A stretch of DNA of 46,698 nt from Patescibacteria group bacterium (GCA_038065675.1 JBBTQM010000023.1:1-46698); one strand, 5' to 3'; shown: positions 18,002-28,190, numbered from the stretch's first letter. Numbers and translations are program-made. Notes: generated from the sequence alone by a model not told the origin.

Positions 18002-18892
18002 TTAGTCTATCGCCGGTCCGGAATAATCCTTTTCCGGCTTTGTTGCGGCTTCCAAAATGAAAGCATTGAGCTTGCTGTTTTTTAATAAATCAATAACCGG
18101 CCTATTTGCGCCGTGTGACAATCTCCATTGTTCCGTCCCGCCGACTATCTTCAACTCACAACCGCATTCCCCTTTTAATATTTTCAGTTTTTCTAAAAGC
18201 TCCATAGACAAATAGGCGACATTGACGCAATTTTGTGTTTGCCCCTCGCATGGCTCTCCACCTATCCCCACATCCATATGGTCTAACTCTTCCCTAATTA
18301 AACTTTCGCTCCTACCGGAGCCCGGGGGGATTTTAAATATGACATGATAATGATTCCCGTTATCAATAAAAGATGCCCGCGTTTTAATAAACGCCGACTC
18401 CAATACATATTCTTTCCAGATTTGCGCCGGCTGGCCGCCAGTCGCCCCTATCCCGCCGGTGTCTAAGCGCCCCGTCGGGCCCGTTGCCCCAGTCAGTTGT
18501 TTTATTGAAAGATTCAAGTTAAGCAAATTCGGGTTAATTGTGTAGAGAATCAGATACGAACACAGGGCGAGGAGAAGCCCCCAAAGAGCGTCTATTATTT
18601 TCTTTTTTCCTTCACTTTTCCCGAATACGGCGTCCGTTGAAAGGTATTGTGCGCCGCCGATGACAATCATAATCACCGAAAGAGCAATGGCTATGCCGAT
18701 CCCGAAACTGAACAAAAACTGAAGATAAGAAGACACGGAGTCCGGGGCCACGCTCCCCCCTATGTCGGGGAGTTTCTGAAGAAGAGTGTACGTTTTTGAT
18801 GAGGAATCCTGCGCGAGGACAACTCCTGGCACAAAGAGCGCGGCAACAACCGCCGAATAAGCAGAAAACTTATTTTTCTTAAAATTTTTCAT
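18002..18892 (-). CDS. TrbC/VirB2-like pilin with a C-terminal extracellular domain
   Basis: Signal peptide (VLA); GIAIALSVIMIVIGGAQYL...GKKKIIDALWGLLLAL.SYLILYTINPNL T4SS-pilin signature. Confidence 0.75.
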   Translation of the reverse strand: MKNFKKNKFSAYSAVVAALFVPGVVLAQDSSSKTYTLLQKLPDIGGSVAPDSVSSYLQFLFSFGIGIAIALSVIMIVIGGAQYLSTDAVFGKSEGKKKIIDALWGLLLALCSYLILYTINPNLLNLNLSIKQLTGATGPTGRLDTGGIGATGGQPAQIWKEYVLESAFIKTRASFIDNGNHYHVIFKIPPGSGRSESLIREELDHMDVGIGGEPCEGQTQNCVNVAYLSMELLEKLKILKGECGCELKIVGGTEQWRLSHGANRPVIDLLKNSKLNAFILEAATKPEKDYSGPAID

Positions 18893-19938
18893 TGCGTTTT
18901 ACCGAATTTAATTAAAACCCTCGCCTCTTTTTCCTGAAGAACCTTTTTTTGGTGGCGCACAACCGAAACGAGCTCCGCGACTCCCTCAACCCCGTTCGGC
19001 GCCCTTAAAATAACGGACCCCGGGTCGGTTTCCATGCCGGGAACCTCTTTTTCATTAAGAAGCCAGGTAAAGATAAGTCCCTTTTTTGTTCCGCCCGCGG
19101 CCGAGAAAAAGTATGGCTCCGCGACAGTGGCTATTTCTCCGGTGTCCAAAACGATTCGTTCGGGGATTGTTCTTTCGTAATAAACGCCCTCAAGCGGCCT
19201 GTTTTCGTACAGGCGGACAACGGGCTCTCCCACGGTGATTATTGTTTGGCTGTGAGCGGCGACGGCGCCGTCAATCGTTTCCGCGAAAACGTCTATTTTT
19301 TCGTTTGCAAACTGGAATCCCGCCTTAAAGACAAACGTATTTTTCCCATACCCGGAACTTCCCGGGATAACATTATTATTTCTTTTCCACATATATATGA
19401 GATTTTCCGGTTTTACCAAAACACCGCCATTTTTTATGTTTGGGAGTGCCACAACCCTGATGTTTGTTTCCGACGACGGCAAGGCTTTCCCTTTGTAAAA
19501 TGGCGGTACATATGAATCAATGGCTTCCCAAAAAAGGGAAATTTCTCCCGGAGAAACCGCCGTGCTTTTGGTTATAATTTCTCCCGAAGGAGTTTTAACG
19601 GTTACATTGACTCTTTTGGATTCGCCGGCGTTTCCGGCAAGAAAAGAAAATATTTTTTCTCCCGTTCCCGACAGCGCCTTTTTCCCGTTTAAAGACCAGG
19701 AAATTACCGCCCGGTCGAGGTCTACGGAATTACTGACCAATGTTACGGTTACTTTCTCTAGGGGCGACGGCATGTCCGGAGAAATTCTTATGGATACCCT
19801 CCCGTCGTCCGCGAGCTGGGCATGGGTTATGGCGGAAGAACCGGCGCCTAAGGCAAAGAGGGCGATTACTATCGCAATTGTATTTTTTAAGGCAGACATT
19901 TTATGTCCGAGCATTTCTTCCATTATAGACGATGCCAC
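18889..19938 (-). CDS. Secreted Ig-like conserved hypothetical protein
   Basis: Signal peptide; repeated I.W.LNG and Y.W beta-sandwich motifs; WEA.DSYVPPFYKGKALP. True start probably ATG 19914 or 19899. Confidence 0.65.
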   Translation of the reverse strand: MASSIMEEMLGHKMSALKNTIAIVIALFALGAGSSAITHAQLADDGRVSIRISPDMPSPLEKVTVTLVSNSVDLDRAVISWSLNGKKALSGTGEKIFSFLAGNAGESKRVNVTVKTPSGEIITKSTAVSPGEISLFWEAIDSYVPPFYKGKALPSSETNIRVVALPNIKNGGVLVKPENLIYMWKRNNNVIPGSSGYGKNTFVFKAGFQFANEKIDVFAETIDGAVAAHSQTIITVGEPVVRLYENRPLEGVYYERTIPERIVLDTGEIATVAEPYFFSAAGGTKKGLIFTWLLNEKEVPGMETDPGSVILRAPNGVEGVAELVSVVRHQKKVLQEKEARVLIKFGKTQ

Positions 19939-19967
19939 CTGCGTCCGCCACCACTACCTCTTAATTT

Positions 19968-21782
19968 CTATTGCTGCTGACCTTCCTTAAGTTCAGCCTT
20001 GGCTTTTTTAATGGAGAGTATTTGCGACGGGTCGCTTGTTATAATTTGCTCCTCCGTGTATGAAGCGATTGTTTTAATGGCGACGTGTTTTAGTCCGGCA
20101 AAGAATATTCCTTCCCCCACGTTTGATTCAAGGAGCAGATATTTTTCCTCATCCGTCAAGTTGAATGTTTTTTGAAGAAGGTCTATTGAGGTCGGCGACT
20201 GTTTCAGCAGAAGCTGAAGCGACGAGTTGGTTATTATCGGCAGGCCATAGGGGCTTTTCAAAAAATCCCCGACGTCTTGAGTAATCGTCGCTAATCCAAG
20301 ATAATATTTTCGCCCGCGTTTGGCTATTGAGAAAAGAAAAGACGCCGTGTCTTCCGATTTCATCATCCACCATGCCTCATCCACCACGAGGAGGCGTTTT
20401 TTAAGTTCTTTCCGCACTGCGTTCCAGATGAAATGGGTAACTATGTACATAGCCACCGGCTTCAGCTCGTCTTCCATGTCGCGTACGGAGAAAACAACGA
20501 ATTTTTTGTTGATATCTACATTTGTCGGGTTGTTTATGAATCCTGACCACGTTCCCTTGGTGTATTTGGACAAACGCTGGATGAGTGATTCGCCGCCCTC
20601 AATGCCGGCAAGCACCATCTCAAAATCCGACATAAGCGGCGGGTCTATGTGGGTAAAATCAGCGTCTGCGGTTATGTCTTTAAGAGCGTACGTTTCGGTA
20701 ATGGCACGGTCAACAATGGCATCTTCTTCGGGGGTGAGCCCGCCTAACATTATGCGGAATAGGCCGACCAAATTAATAATATTGGAGCGCAGAACATCCG
20801 CCGGCGATTCGTCCTCGCGCGGCAGCGGCAAGTCAAACGGATTGATATGGTGCTCCGAAGTCAGAGAAATGTTGAAATATCTTCCGCCGGTTGACTCCGC
20901 CATGTATTCGTACTCGCGCTCGGGGTCTATAACGATGACCTCCGTGTCAAACATGAGAGTGCGCAGTATTTCAAGTTTAGTGGCGAAAGATTTTCCGGCG
21001 CCGGATTTGGCGAAAATTATGGAGTTGTAGTTTTCAAGCGAAAATCTGTCAAACAAAACCAAGCTTGAGTTGTGCCGATTGACGCCGTAGAGGATCCCCT
21101 TGTCGGAAGTAAGGTCGAATGAAACGAACGGGAAAATTGAGGAAAGAGGCGCGGAGTTAAGTTTGGAATGGACATTGAGAAGGTCGTTGCCTATCGGGAT
21201 AACGCTTTTAAATCCCTCTTCCTGCTGGAATAGGGCCGGCTTTACGTAAACAAGTTTTGATTCCAGGATTGACCGTATTTCCGATTCGGTTTTGTCCAAA
21301 TCCGATTCGTTGTCGCCGTATAGAGTCATGTAAAGCCCGACATCAAAAATTTTTTCTTGGGCTTGCTGAAGTTGGTCGCGGAGAGATTCCAAGTCTTGGT
21401 AAGCCGTGTCGAGCATCGGGTCGCGCACGAGTCCCTTTTCTTGGCGCATGTAGATTTGGCTTTCAACCTCGGCGACTTTTTTCTGGAATTGTTTAAGTAT
21501 AGTCGCAGTATCTATGGGATGTATGAAAATGGCGACATCGAATATTTTGTCCAAATTTACTATCGGGGAGAACCAGTTATCCGAAAGAAAGCGAGGGTAC
21601 GAGATGACGAAAAAGGTGCGCGTGGTTTTATCGCCCAGATTAAGCGCCCGTGGCTCTATTTTAAGCGCCGACGGGGCGATAACGTCGCGAAGCTCAAGCG
21701 TCGCGGCTTCGTAGACCTGTTGGGGCAGGATTGGAACGACTTCGTCGCCTTTCTTTTTTTTAAAAAAATCAAAAAGTGCCAT
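19968..21782 (-). CDS. VirB4/TraC-like ATPase
   Basis: AKSGAGKS Walker A, IDPEREY, LLVVDEAW Walker B, RGRKY, ITQDV. Confidence 0.9.
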   Translation of the reverse strand: MALFDFFKKKKGDEVVPILPQQVYEAATLELRDVIAPSALKIEPRALNLGDKTTRTFFVISYPRFLSDNWFSPIVNLDKIFDVAIFIHPIDTATILKQFQKKVAEVESQIYMRQEKGLVRDPMLDTAYQDLESLRDQLQQAQEKIFDVGLYMTLYGDNESDLDKTESEIRSILESKLVYVKPALFQQEEGFKSVIPIGNDLLNVHSKLNSAPLSSIFPFVSFDLTSDKGILYGVNRHNSSLVLFDRFSLENYNSIIFAKSGAGKSFATKLEILRTLMFDTEVIVIDPEREYEYMAESTGGRYFNISLTSEHHINPFDLPLPREDESPADVLRSNIINLVGLFRIMLGGLTPEEDAIVDRAITETYALKDITADADFTHIDPPLMSDFEMVLAGIEGGESLIQRLSKYTKGTWSGFINNPTNVDINKKFVVFSVRDMEDELKPVAMYIVTHFIWNAVRKELKKRLLVVDEAWWMMKSEDTASFLFSIAKRGRKYYLGLATITQDVGDFLKSPYGLPIITNSSLQLLLKQSPTSIDLLQKTFNLTDEEKYLLLESNVGEGIFFAGLKHVAIKTIASYTEEQIITSDPSQILSIKKAKAELKEGQQQ

Positions 21783-21786
21783 TGTG

Positions 21787-22431
21787 TCAGGTTGTTTTTA
21801 TTGGGCGCTCTGTGTCCCCCGGATTGAATATTTTATAGAAAAGTTCCACCACCTCTTCTGTCCCGAGCTGTATGGCGCGGACGCCTATGCCCGATAGCCC
21901 GGAAATCACTATTCCCACTCTTTGTTCAAGCTGTGAACGGGCTTCCTCGAAAAGCTCAATGTCATTTTGCTTTTTTTCCGCTTCTTTTTTGCCCGGAAGG
22001 ACTGAAAAAGATTTTTTGTTTCCCAAAACCGGCTGGGTGTATGGTACGACGATAAAGAAACTTTTCTTCATAATGCTCGTGCGGTCGGTGAAATTTTTTA
22101 TGAACTGGATGTACTCGCGTATTTGTATTTTCATAAGATCCTCCATTTGTGCCTTCATCCGCTCTTCAAGCAGGGCGAGGTACGGCCTTATGTCGAGCCG
22201 CCGCGATTGAAGAAATATTTGAGTTGAGAAGTCAAGAGAATTCAAAAAGTTCTGGAACTGGGAAATCACCGCTTTTTGTTCGTCCTCGCTTTTAAGGGCG
22301 AGATTGAGAGACGAGGCGATTAAAATAACTCGCAGACCGTCGTCTTTAAGAACAACAACCCCGTCGCGTATTTCTTTTATGGGGACGAACTCTTGTGTTG
22401 CTTTTACGTTTTCTGCTGTTTTGCTTGCCAT
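21787..22431 (-). CDS. TraC/VirB4 N-terminal-like T4SS component
   Basis: ATQEFVPIKEIRDGVVVLKD...NLALKSEDEQ...FLNSLDF; lies between prgI and virB4. Confidence 0.75.
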   Translation of the reverse strand: MASKTAENVKATQEFVPIKEIRDGVVVLKDDGLRVILIASSLNLALKSEDEQKAVISQFQNFLNSLDFSTQIFLQSRRLDIRPYLALLEERMKAQMEDLMKIQIREYIQFIKNFTDRTSIMKKSFFIVVPYTQPVLGNKKSFSVLPGKKEAEKKQNDIELFEEARSQLEQRVGIVISGLSGIGVRAIQLGTEEVVELFYKIFNPGDTERPIKTT

Positions 22432-22439
22432 ATGATTAT

Positions 22440-22853
22440 TTAAACTTGCGGCTTATCGCGGTTAAGGTCCAGCACGTCAAGGCCCCACGAAAGATCTTTC
22501 AGCTTTGAATCGTAAAGTCTGGGGACTAAATTTTCTTCCGGCGGGGCGATTGTTGTTCCGGGAGCCGGCATTTTAAATTCTTTTTTCCATAAATAAAGCT
22601 TTTGAGAGAAAGTATATTTTATGAAAGATTCCACAGTCAGAATAAAGGGCTTGCCGTTAACTTTATAGAAAGCGAGCGCCATTGAAAAAGAAAGAATAGC
22701 CGCTATCGCGAATACCGAAATGAAAATCGGCAAAATTCTATAAAACAAGAAAGCCCCGCCGACCCCGCCCACGATATAAAGAAATTGCCTGAAGGTCAGC
22801 GGGCCGAAAATCTTGTCCTCCACTTCTATAAATTGAGGAGTGCGGAATTGCAT
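22440..22853 (-). CDS. PrgI family (VirB3-like) membrane protein
   Basis: MQFRTPQFIEVEDKIFGPLTFRQF followed by two TM helices. Confidence 0.85.
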   Translation of the reverse strand: MQFRTPQFIEVEDKIFGPLTFRQFLYIVGGVGGAFLFYRILPIFISVFAIAAILSFSMALAFYKVNGKPFILTVESFIKYTFSQKLYLWKKEFKMPAPGTTIAPPEENLVPRLYDSKLKDLSWGLDVLDLNRDKPQV

Positions 22854-22878
22854 TGGATTAGTTGATAGCCGGTAGGAG

Positions 22879-23241
22879 TTAGGAATTTAGGGAAAAGAGT
22901 ATTTTATTCAGTATTTTCATAACCTCCGACAACAAGCTATCCACTTTATTATATCGTAGTTTTTTGCCAAACGGTAAACGCTTTATTATTTCAAGCTGTG
23001 TCTCAAGTTCTGCCCCAGACCCATAGGATATGGAGAGAAAATGAGTAAATTCTTTTTTACTACCGAATTTTCTCCCCTCGGCTATGTTGGACGGAATTGA
23101 TATAGCCGCTCTCTTCATTTGTGACGTTATCCCGTATAATTCCTCTTTTGGCAAAGTATCGGCTAGTTCATAAACGGCAACCACAAGTTCAATGCTTTTT
23201 TGCCATACGATTAAATCCTTATATGAATTTATTTTTTCCAC
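22879..23241 (-). CDS. Four-helix-bundle protein (23S rRNA IVS protein/Avd-like family)
   Basis: SYKDLIVWQKS, LPKEELYGITSQMKRAAISIPSNIAEG, FLSISYGSGAELETQL. Confidence 0.9.
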   Translation of the reverse strand: MEKINSYKDLIVWQKSIELVVAVYELADTLPKEELYGITSQMKRAAISIPSNIAEGRKFGSKKEFTHFLSISYGSGAELETQLEIIKRLPFGKKLRYNKVDSLLSEVMKILNKILFSLNS

Positions 23242-23268
23242 TATTTCCTAATTCCTACCAACTAATAC

Positions 23269-23967
23269 CTAAACTGGCTCCCTATACGGATCCATTTTTT
23301 TTATTGAAGCAATGGAATTTTCTTCTTTGGAGGTTACGGACGCGGGAATGCCAAACGGCGCGGCGAGTTTTTGCTCGGGGATGCTTTTTGTTTGGGAGTT
23401 GGAAGTTAAGGGGTAGGAACTGGCGGGGGCGGGTTCTCCCGAGGGGATTATCGGGGATTGCCCGTTGATGGTTGCCGGTTGCGGTGTTACTACCACGGGC
23501 AAAGAAGGAACCGCCGGAGTGGGGTTTTCTATGCCGTGGAGGACATCATCCCGGTTCAGTTTTTCTTCTTTTTCTTCCGCCGCCGGCGCTATCTCCATTG
23601 GCGATATTGGTGCTTCCTCGGAAGAAACTTCTCCCAAATTTTCTTCTTCCGTCGTTTTTTCGCGGATTAATTTGCGTAATCCTTCAAAAATTTCCGAATT
23701 GACGTCATTAACCAAAGAAGACGCTTCTTCCAGAGAGATTGAGAGTTCTTCAATGAGCGTTTCTGAAAATTTACTCGTATCAATTAGATTTAGAAGCGCA
23801 AGCATGGTAATATCCTTCATTTTGCTCAACTGGTCTATGTGAAGGTTATGGCGCCTGCCTATCTCAAGCGATTTATCGGAAATAAAAGAACTCGCTATAG
23901 CCCCCCGGAATTCTTCCGGAAGCGCCGCGATTGCCTGCTCCAATTGTTCATTTGTGTATTCAATCAT
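23269..23967 (-). CDS. Conserved hypothetical protein ending in DPYREP
   Basis: 232-aa ORF overlapping the VirB6-like stop; IGRRHNLHIDQ segment, Pro-rich linker and C-terminal DPYREPV. Confidence 0.7.
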   Translation of the reverse strand: MIEYTNEQLEQAIAALPEEFRGAIASSFISDKSLEIGRRHNLHIDQLSKMKDITMLALLNLIDTSKFSETLIEELSISLEEASSLVNDVNSEIFEGLRKLIREKTTEEENLGEVSSEEAPISPMEIAPAAEEKEEKLNRDDVLHGIENPTPAVPSLPVVVTPQPATINGQSPIIPSGEPAPASSYPLTSNSQTKSIPEQKLAAPFGIPASVTSKEENSIASIKKMDPYREPV

Positions 23968-26126
23968 GGCTTTTTTTCTTCACCGCCGCCGGCCGGCTTT
24001 TCTTCTTTTGGCTTGGGTTCTCCACCCCTCATTTTTTCAAGTTTTTCCTTCTTGTCATCTCTTTGTTTTTGCAGTGCCTCCAGTCTTCTGGCGGTTTCCC
24101 TGCCGTTTTTCTTTTCTATCAATTCTATCCTTTTCGTTAAATCAATTTTTCTGTCAACGTCGGATTCCAGGAGCACGACTGCGTTGTTTGATTCCCTTGT
24201 GAGCTTTTCCACGGCCTCTTCTATATTGCCTACGGTTATCTCTTCAGGAAGCCCGGCCTTTTTAAGCAAATCCTTCAATTTGGTTTCAATCTTGTCGACG
24301 TCCGCTTCCAGTTTGCTTAGTTCTTCTGTAGACTTATTTATTTTATCCGCCGCCTCAATATCCCCCCTGATGCTTGCCGGCATACTTACCATCTTCGGAG
24401 TTCCCTTGATTTGCGCGACGAAAGATTCCTTATTGCTAGCGGTTATTTGTTTTGCCGTTTTGAACGTACCCCCTTCTTTTTCCACATATCGCTTGGAGTA
24501 TTCGCTTACCAATTCTTCATGCGATTTGCCTGTGGCCTGAACCAAATCTACCGGAGAAATATTCGGATACTTATTTTTTATTTCTTCTTCGGCGTATTTT
24601 CTCGCCTCCGCACTCTGAGTTTTCTCAAACTCAGCTTTTCTTTTAATCCCTTCTTCTTTTGTTTCTTTAAACTCAATAAGTTTTGCTTGGGCTTCGCGAG
24701 CCTTTTTCCTCTCGTCAATGGCGCCAGCGAATCCGCCCTTGCCACCAGCTTTCCCGAGGTCAATTCCGGCCCCGGCCGTTTTAAGTATGGCCCCGGCTCC
24801 CGGGAGGCTTGCTCCCCTTACATCAAAACTTCCTTTCGCGGCTTTATCTGTTAATTGAAGTGCACGCATAGCCATTCTTCCACGGAAGCTGTCCTCGGTT
24901 GCCAGTTCCTGAAATCCCTTTTGTCTCGCCATGAACGCCGCCCCGCGACCGAGGAATTGCCTCCCCATAAACCCGCCGACGCCGCCGACTGCCATGCCGA
25001 CCGCTTTCTGCCCGAAACTGGTAAAAGAATTGCCAAATTCTCCGGACAAGCTTTTCGTAATTTTAAGCGCCGTTATGATAAGGGCGATAAAAAGCGCGAA
25101 ATAGAAAATGATTCCCGAGGCTCCACCCGAGCCGGCTATGGCGGCGGAAAATCCTCCCGCCGAAGGGGTGGCTCCGGAGAGAGCGTTTAGTCCGGAACCT
25201 TCTGTCATTTTAAGAATAATCCATATGAAAAGGAGGAATACCGGCGCGACCAGACTTTGGTTTATGAGAGCGTTCCACCACTTGCCGGAATATTCTCCCA
25301 GCCGCGGCACCCAAGCGCCGACGAACCCTATGGGAGAAACGACCATCAGAAATATTAAAACTACCGTTCTCGCCAGGAACATTAGTCCGGCGAGGAAAAA
25401 CACGACCGCCGTGATGAGTATAAAAATACTTCCGAAAACCGATATTGAAAGTATCGCAAGAAAATCAAGCCCGTTTTTAGTTCCCGGGTCTTTGAAAATC
25501 GTGGTTAATTGCAGTTTCTCCATAAACTGGTCGGAAATGCCGGCGTCTATGGTATTGCCTCCGGTAATGCCGTTATAAAACTGAAAGGCGATTACGTTTG
25601 AGGAATCGATTATCACCTGAGTGAAAAACAAGCTGAAATTTATGAGAAGAGCCGAGATTATAATGCTCCCCAAAAGTTTCCGGTCGTCGCCCAATTGAAG
25701 AATCGTTTTGATGGCAATCCAAAGAATGACGAAGATGAAGACGATATTTAAAAGGTCGCGCACTACAACCCATGAATCCTGTATCCCAAGTAGTTTGGTT
25801 CTTTCCGATATATTGAGGGTGAACTGCATGGATAAGTCAAAAAATGCGGCAGTAACTTTTAGGGCATACGACATTATCGTTAAAATCGCATTGGCAATTG
25901 CCGGCAAGGGGCCGCAGTCTATGGGGCGGAGGAAAATATCAATAACACCGGGGATTAATGTCCCGCAGGGTTTTACTGATGCCGCGGTTGGCGTTGGCTC
26001 GGGGACAACTGGGTCGCCGGCATCAGTTTGAGCTGTCGCGATGAGTGGTGATGGCCCAAAACCATACGGAGCGGCAACCGCAACCAAGGCGACCAACACT
26101 ATTAATATATAAAGTGTTTTTTTCAT
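23964..26126 (-). CDS. VirB6/TrbL-like polytopic membrane protein with a coiled-coil tail
   Basis: W.VVRDLLNI.FIF, ALLINFSLFFTQVIIDSSN, R.V.LIFL...SPI.F, WWNALINQ; charged helical C-terminus. Confidence 0.75.
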   Translation of the reverse strand: MKKTLYILIVLVALVAVAAPYGFGPSPLIATAQTDAGDPVVPEPTPTAASVKPCGTLIPGVIDIFLRPIDCGPLPAIANAILTIMSYALKVTAAFFDLSMQFTLNISERTKLLGIQDSWVVVRDLLNIVFIFVILWIAIKTILQLGDDRKLLGSIIISALLINFSLFFTQVIIDSSNVIAFQFYNGITGGNTIDAGISDQFMEKLQLTTIFKDPGTKNGLDFLAILSISVFGSIFILITAVVFFLAGLMFLARTVVLIFLMVVSPIGFVGAWVPRLGEYSGKWWNALINQSLVAPVFLLFIWIILKMTEGSGLNALSGATPSAGGFSAAIAGSGGASGIIFYFALFIALIITALKITKSLSGEFGNSFTSFGQKAVGMAVGGVGGFMGRQFLGRGAAFMARQKGFQELATEDSFRGRMAMRALQLTDKAAKGSFDVRGASLPGAGAILKTAGAGIDLGKAGGKGGFAGAIDERKKAREAQAKLIEFKETKEEGIKRKAEFEKTQSAEARKYAEEEIKNKYPNISPVDLVQATGKSHEELVSEYSKRYVEKEGGTFKTAKQITASNKESFVAQIKGTPKMVSMPASIRGDIEAADKINKSTEELSKLEADVDKIETKLKDLLKKAGLPEEITVGNIEEAVEKLTRESNNAVVLLESDVDRKIDLTKRIELIEKKNGRETARRLEALQKQRDDKKEKLEKMRGGEPKPKEEKPAGGGEEKKP

Positions 26127-28115
26127 TTAGCCTGGAATTTGTCCCGAGGGGGCGGTGTTCTCTGACGGACTTCTTTCGCTCTTGCAGCCAGTCACGGCGC
26201 TACCCACCGCCGCGGCTTTCGACCTTATAGTGTCGCGCTCCGTCTCCGCGCTGGAAGCATGGCTGGGATTAGGAAGCCTCGCGGACATCCTCTGGTAAAG
26301 GTCCATTATTTCTTTTGCCGAGGAGGTATCGGTATTTGCCAGAGTTTTCTCCATTTTTTCCAACTCCACAATATCGAGCTCAAGCGCCCTGACTTCATCT
26401 TCGTATTGCGCGGCTACTCCCGCAAAATTGCTTATTTTTGGTATGTCCGGGTCGGAAAGATAAAACAAATTAGTACATTTTGGGCCGTTTGGTTCGCCCG
26501 ACGGGGCGGTTGATGAATGTCCCGACCCGGTATACGTTGGGATGTTTCTTGATTCCGATAGTCCTGTTATATAGCTTTTTATCCAACCTATGCTTTCTCT
26601 GCGCGCGACTGCATATCTGACGGCGGTAAGGCGGATACCCTCCAGTGTTTTTCTGGTGTTTTCGTCTATGGTAAATCGTTCGTTTATGCCGCCGATTATT
26701 TCACTTCCGACCTCGCTTGTAAGACGGTAAGTGAACCTATTCCCCTTATTTCTTGATTTAAGGTCTGAAAGTCCCATATTCAATATTTGCATTATTGCCG
26801 CTTTAAAAACCTGGCTCACCGCTTCGTTTACCGACTTGACCAACTCTGCCTGCCTTAAAGAACTTGCCGTAAGCTCGTTGGCGGCGGCGCCGACATAGCT
26901 TGCGGGGCTTGTTACTTCCTCGTCGCACCAGACGACGTTCCCGTCCGAGTCTTTTCTGGTAGCGCTCGGGTCATCGTCCGGGCATTCTTTAACCGCCCCC
27001 CAGCCCTGCGACATAATCAGTTTTTCCTCTTCAATTTTTTGGTTTTCACGCGCCGCCAGTTCGCTTTTTGACGCAAGCACGGCTCCAAGCGAGCTATTTT
27101 GCGGGTTTCTGGAAAGAGAATCCCATCCGCCCCACCCTCCCTTTTTAAAATCTCCGTTCGTGAAGCTTTGGACGCGGGCGTTTTGTTCGGCCGCCGTTGT
27201 CGGGCAATCCTCCGCCGCGTTTTTTACGGTTGTTTCCGCGGTGCCGCCCGTTGTTTCGGCTTGTGCCGCGGCATCGGGATTGTCGCCCGACGTTGAATTG
27301 CCCGGCGTGAAATCATACTCTTGCGCCAGTAGAATTCTTTCTTCTCCCGCGTTCTCGGTGCTCCCTATAACCGCCGCCATCCCGCGGAAAAATAATCCGT
27401 TGATTCTTCCGAAGAAAGACCCCGCCTCTTTTTCTTTGGCGAGAGTTTCTTCTTTTAGTTTTTCCTCCGCCCGCGCCAGGCGCGCCGTGCGGTCGCCGGT
27501 TTCAAAATCAACATTATTAAATCCGATGCCGGACGCTACTTCCCTCGCCTCCTTTTTTCGCCGGCATTCCTCGGCAAGAACCTCGCCGATGTCGGTTTTT
27601 TTCTGTTTTGGCCTTACCAACTCGCGCGCGATGGTGCGGGCGTACATTATTGAGGCATTTTCCGCTTCAAGTATCAGCGCCGCCTTTTCCCTCTCCACTA
27701 TGTTCCCGAAAAACCTTTGCGGATTTGATATGAAAAGAGGCTCTCCTCTGAACCCGCCGCGTATCCAGGTTAGGATGCTTTGCTTCATTTGCTCAAGGAT
27801 TATTTGCGCCGCGGCATAAGCAAGTCCGTTGAAGCAGTCCTGAATCATACGCATCCTGTTAGTGTCGTCTTCAATCGGCTTGTTCGTTATGGGAACGGCG
27901 GAAGACCCACCGGCGCTTCCCCCAAATAAACTGCTGAAACTGATCTTGCTTGTAAGCCACCCGGCTACCAGGTTTGCGGCACACCCGGCGATTGCACTTT
28001 TTAGAAAAGAGGTTTGCGCTTCGGCTTTTTCAGGTATGGCGATTAAAGCAGGAGGAAATACTAAAAGGAATAAGAGGGTTAAGGAAATTACTTTTTTGCT
28101 TTTGCTTGAAGCCAT
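26127..28115 (-). CDS. Large secreted hypothetical protein of the T4SS-like operon
   Basis: Signal peptide (AEA); WIRGGFRGEPLFISNP and DF.KGGW.GW motifs; paired Cys; abuts the VirB6-like gene. Confidence 0.7.
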   Translation of the reverse strand: MASSKSKKVISLTLLFLLVFPPALIAIPEKAEAQTSFLKSAIAGCAANLVAGWLTSKISFSSLFGGSAGGSSAVPITNKPIEDDTNRMRMIQDCFNGLAYAAAQIILEQMKQSILTWIRGGFRGEPLFISNPQRFFGNIVEREKAALILEAENASIMYARTIARELVRPKQKKTDIGEVLAEECRRKKEAREVASGIGFNNVDFETGDRTARLARAEEKLKEETLAKEKEAGSFFGRINGLFFRGMAAVIGSTENAGEERILLAQEYDFTPGNSTSGDNPDAAAQAETTGGTAETTVKNAAEDCPTTAAEQNARVQSFTNGDFKKGGWGGWDSLSRNPQNSSLGAVLASKSELAARENQKIEEEKLIMSQGWGAVKECPDDDPSATRKDSDGNVVWCDEEVTSPASYVGAAANELTASSLRQAELVKSVNEAVSQVFKAAIMQILNMGLSDLKSRNKGNRFTYRLTSEVGSEIIGGINERFTIDENTRKTLEGIRLTAVRYAVARRESIGWIKSYITGLSESRNIPTYTGSGHSSTAPSGEPNGPKCTNLFYLSDPDIPKISNFAGVAAQYEDEVRALELDIVELEKMEKTLANTDTSSAKEIMDLYQRMSARLPNPSHASSAETERDTIRSKAAAVGSAVTGCKSERSPSENTAPSGQIPG

Positions 28116-28190
28116 GCGTCGGGTTTTTATCGTCTGTCCTTAATCGTTGCCGCCGTTTGAAAATAATTTTTCAAGGGCAAAAGACGCGCG

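Noticed and set aside
20320-21030. Long antisense ORFs (also 23839-24540 and 27160-27819)
   Set aside because: Ser-rich mirror frames of well-supported minus-strand genes with no motifs
22879-23241. Avd-like gene as part of a diversity-generating retroelement
   Set aside because: No reverse transcriptase in the window and no TR/VR pair with adenine-specific mismatches noticed
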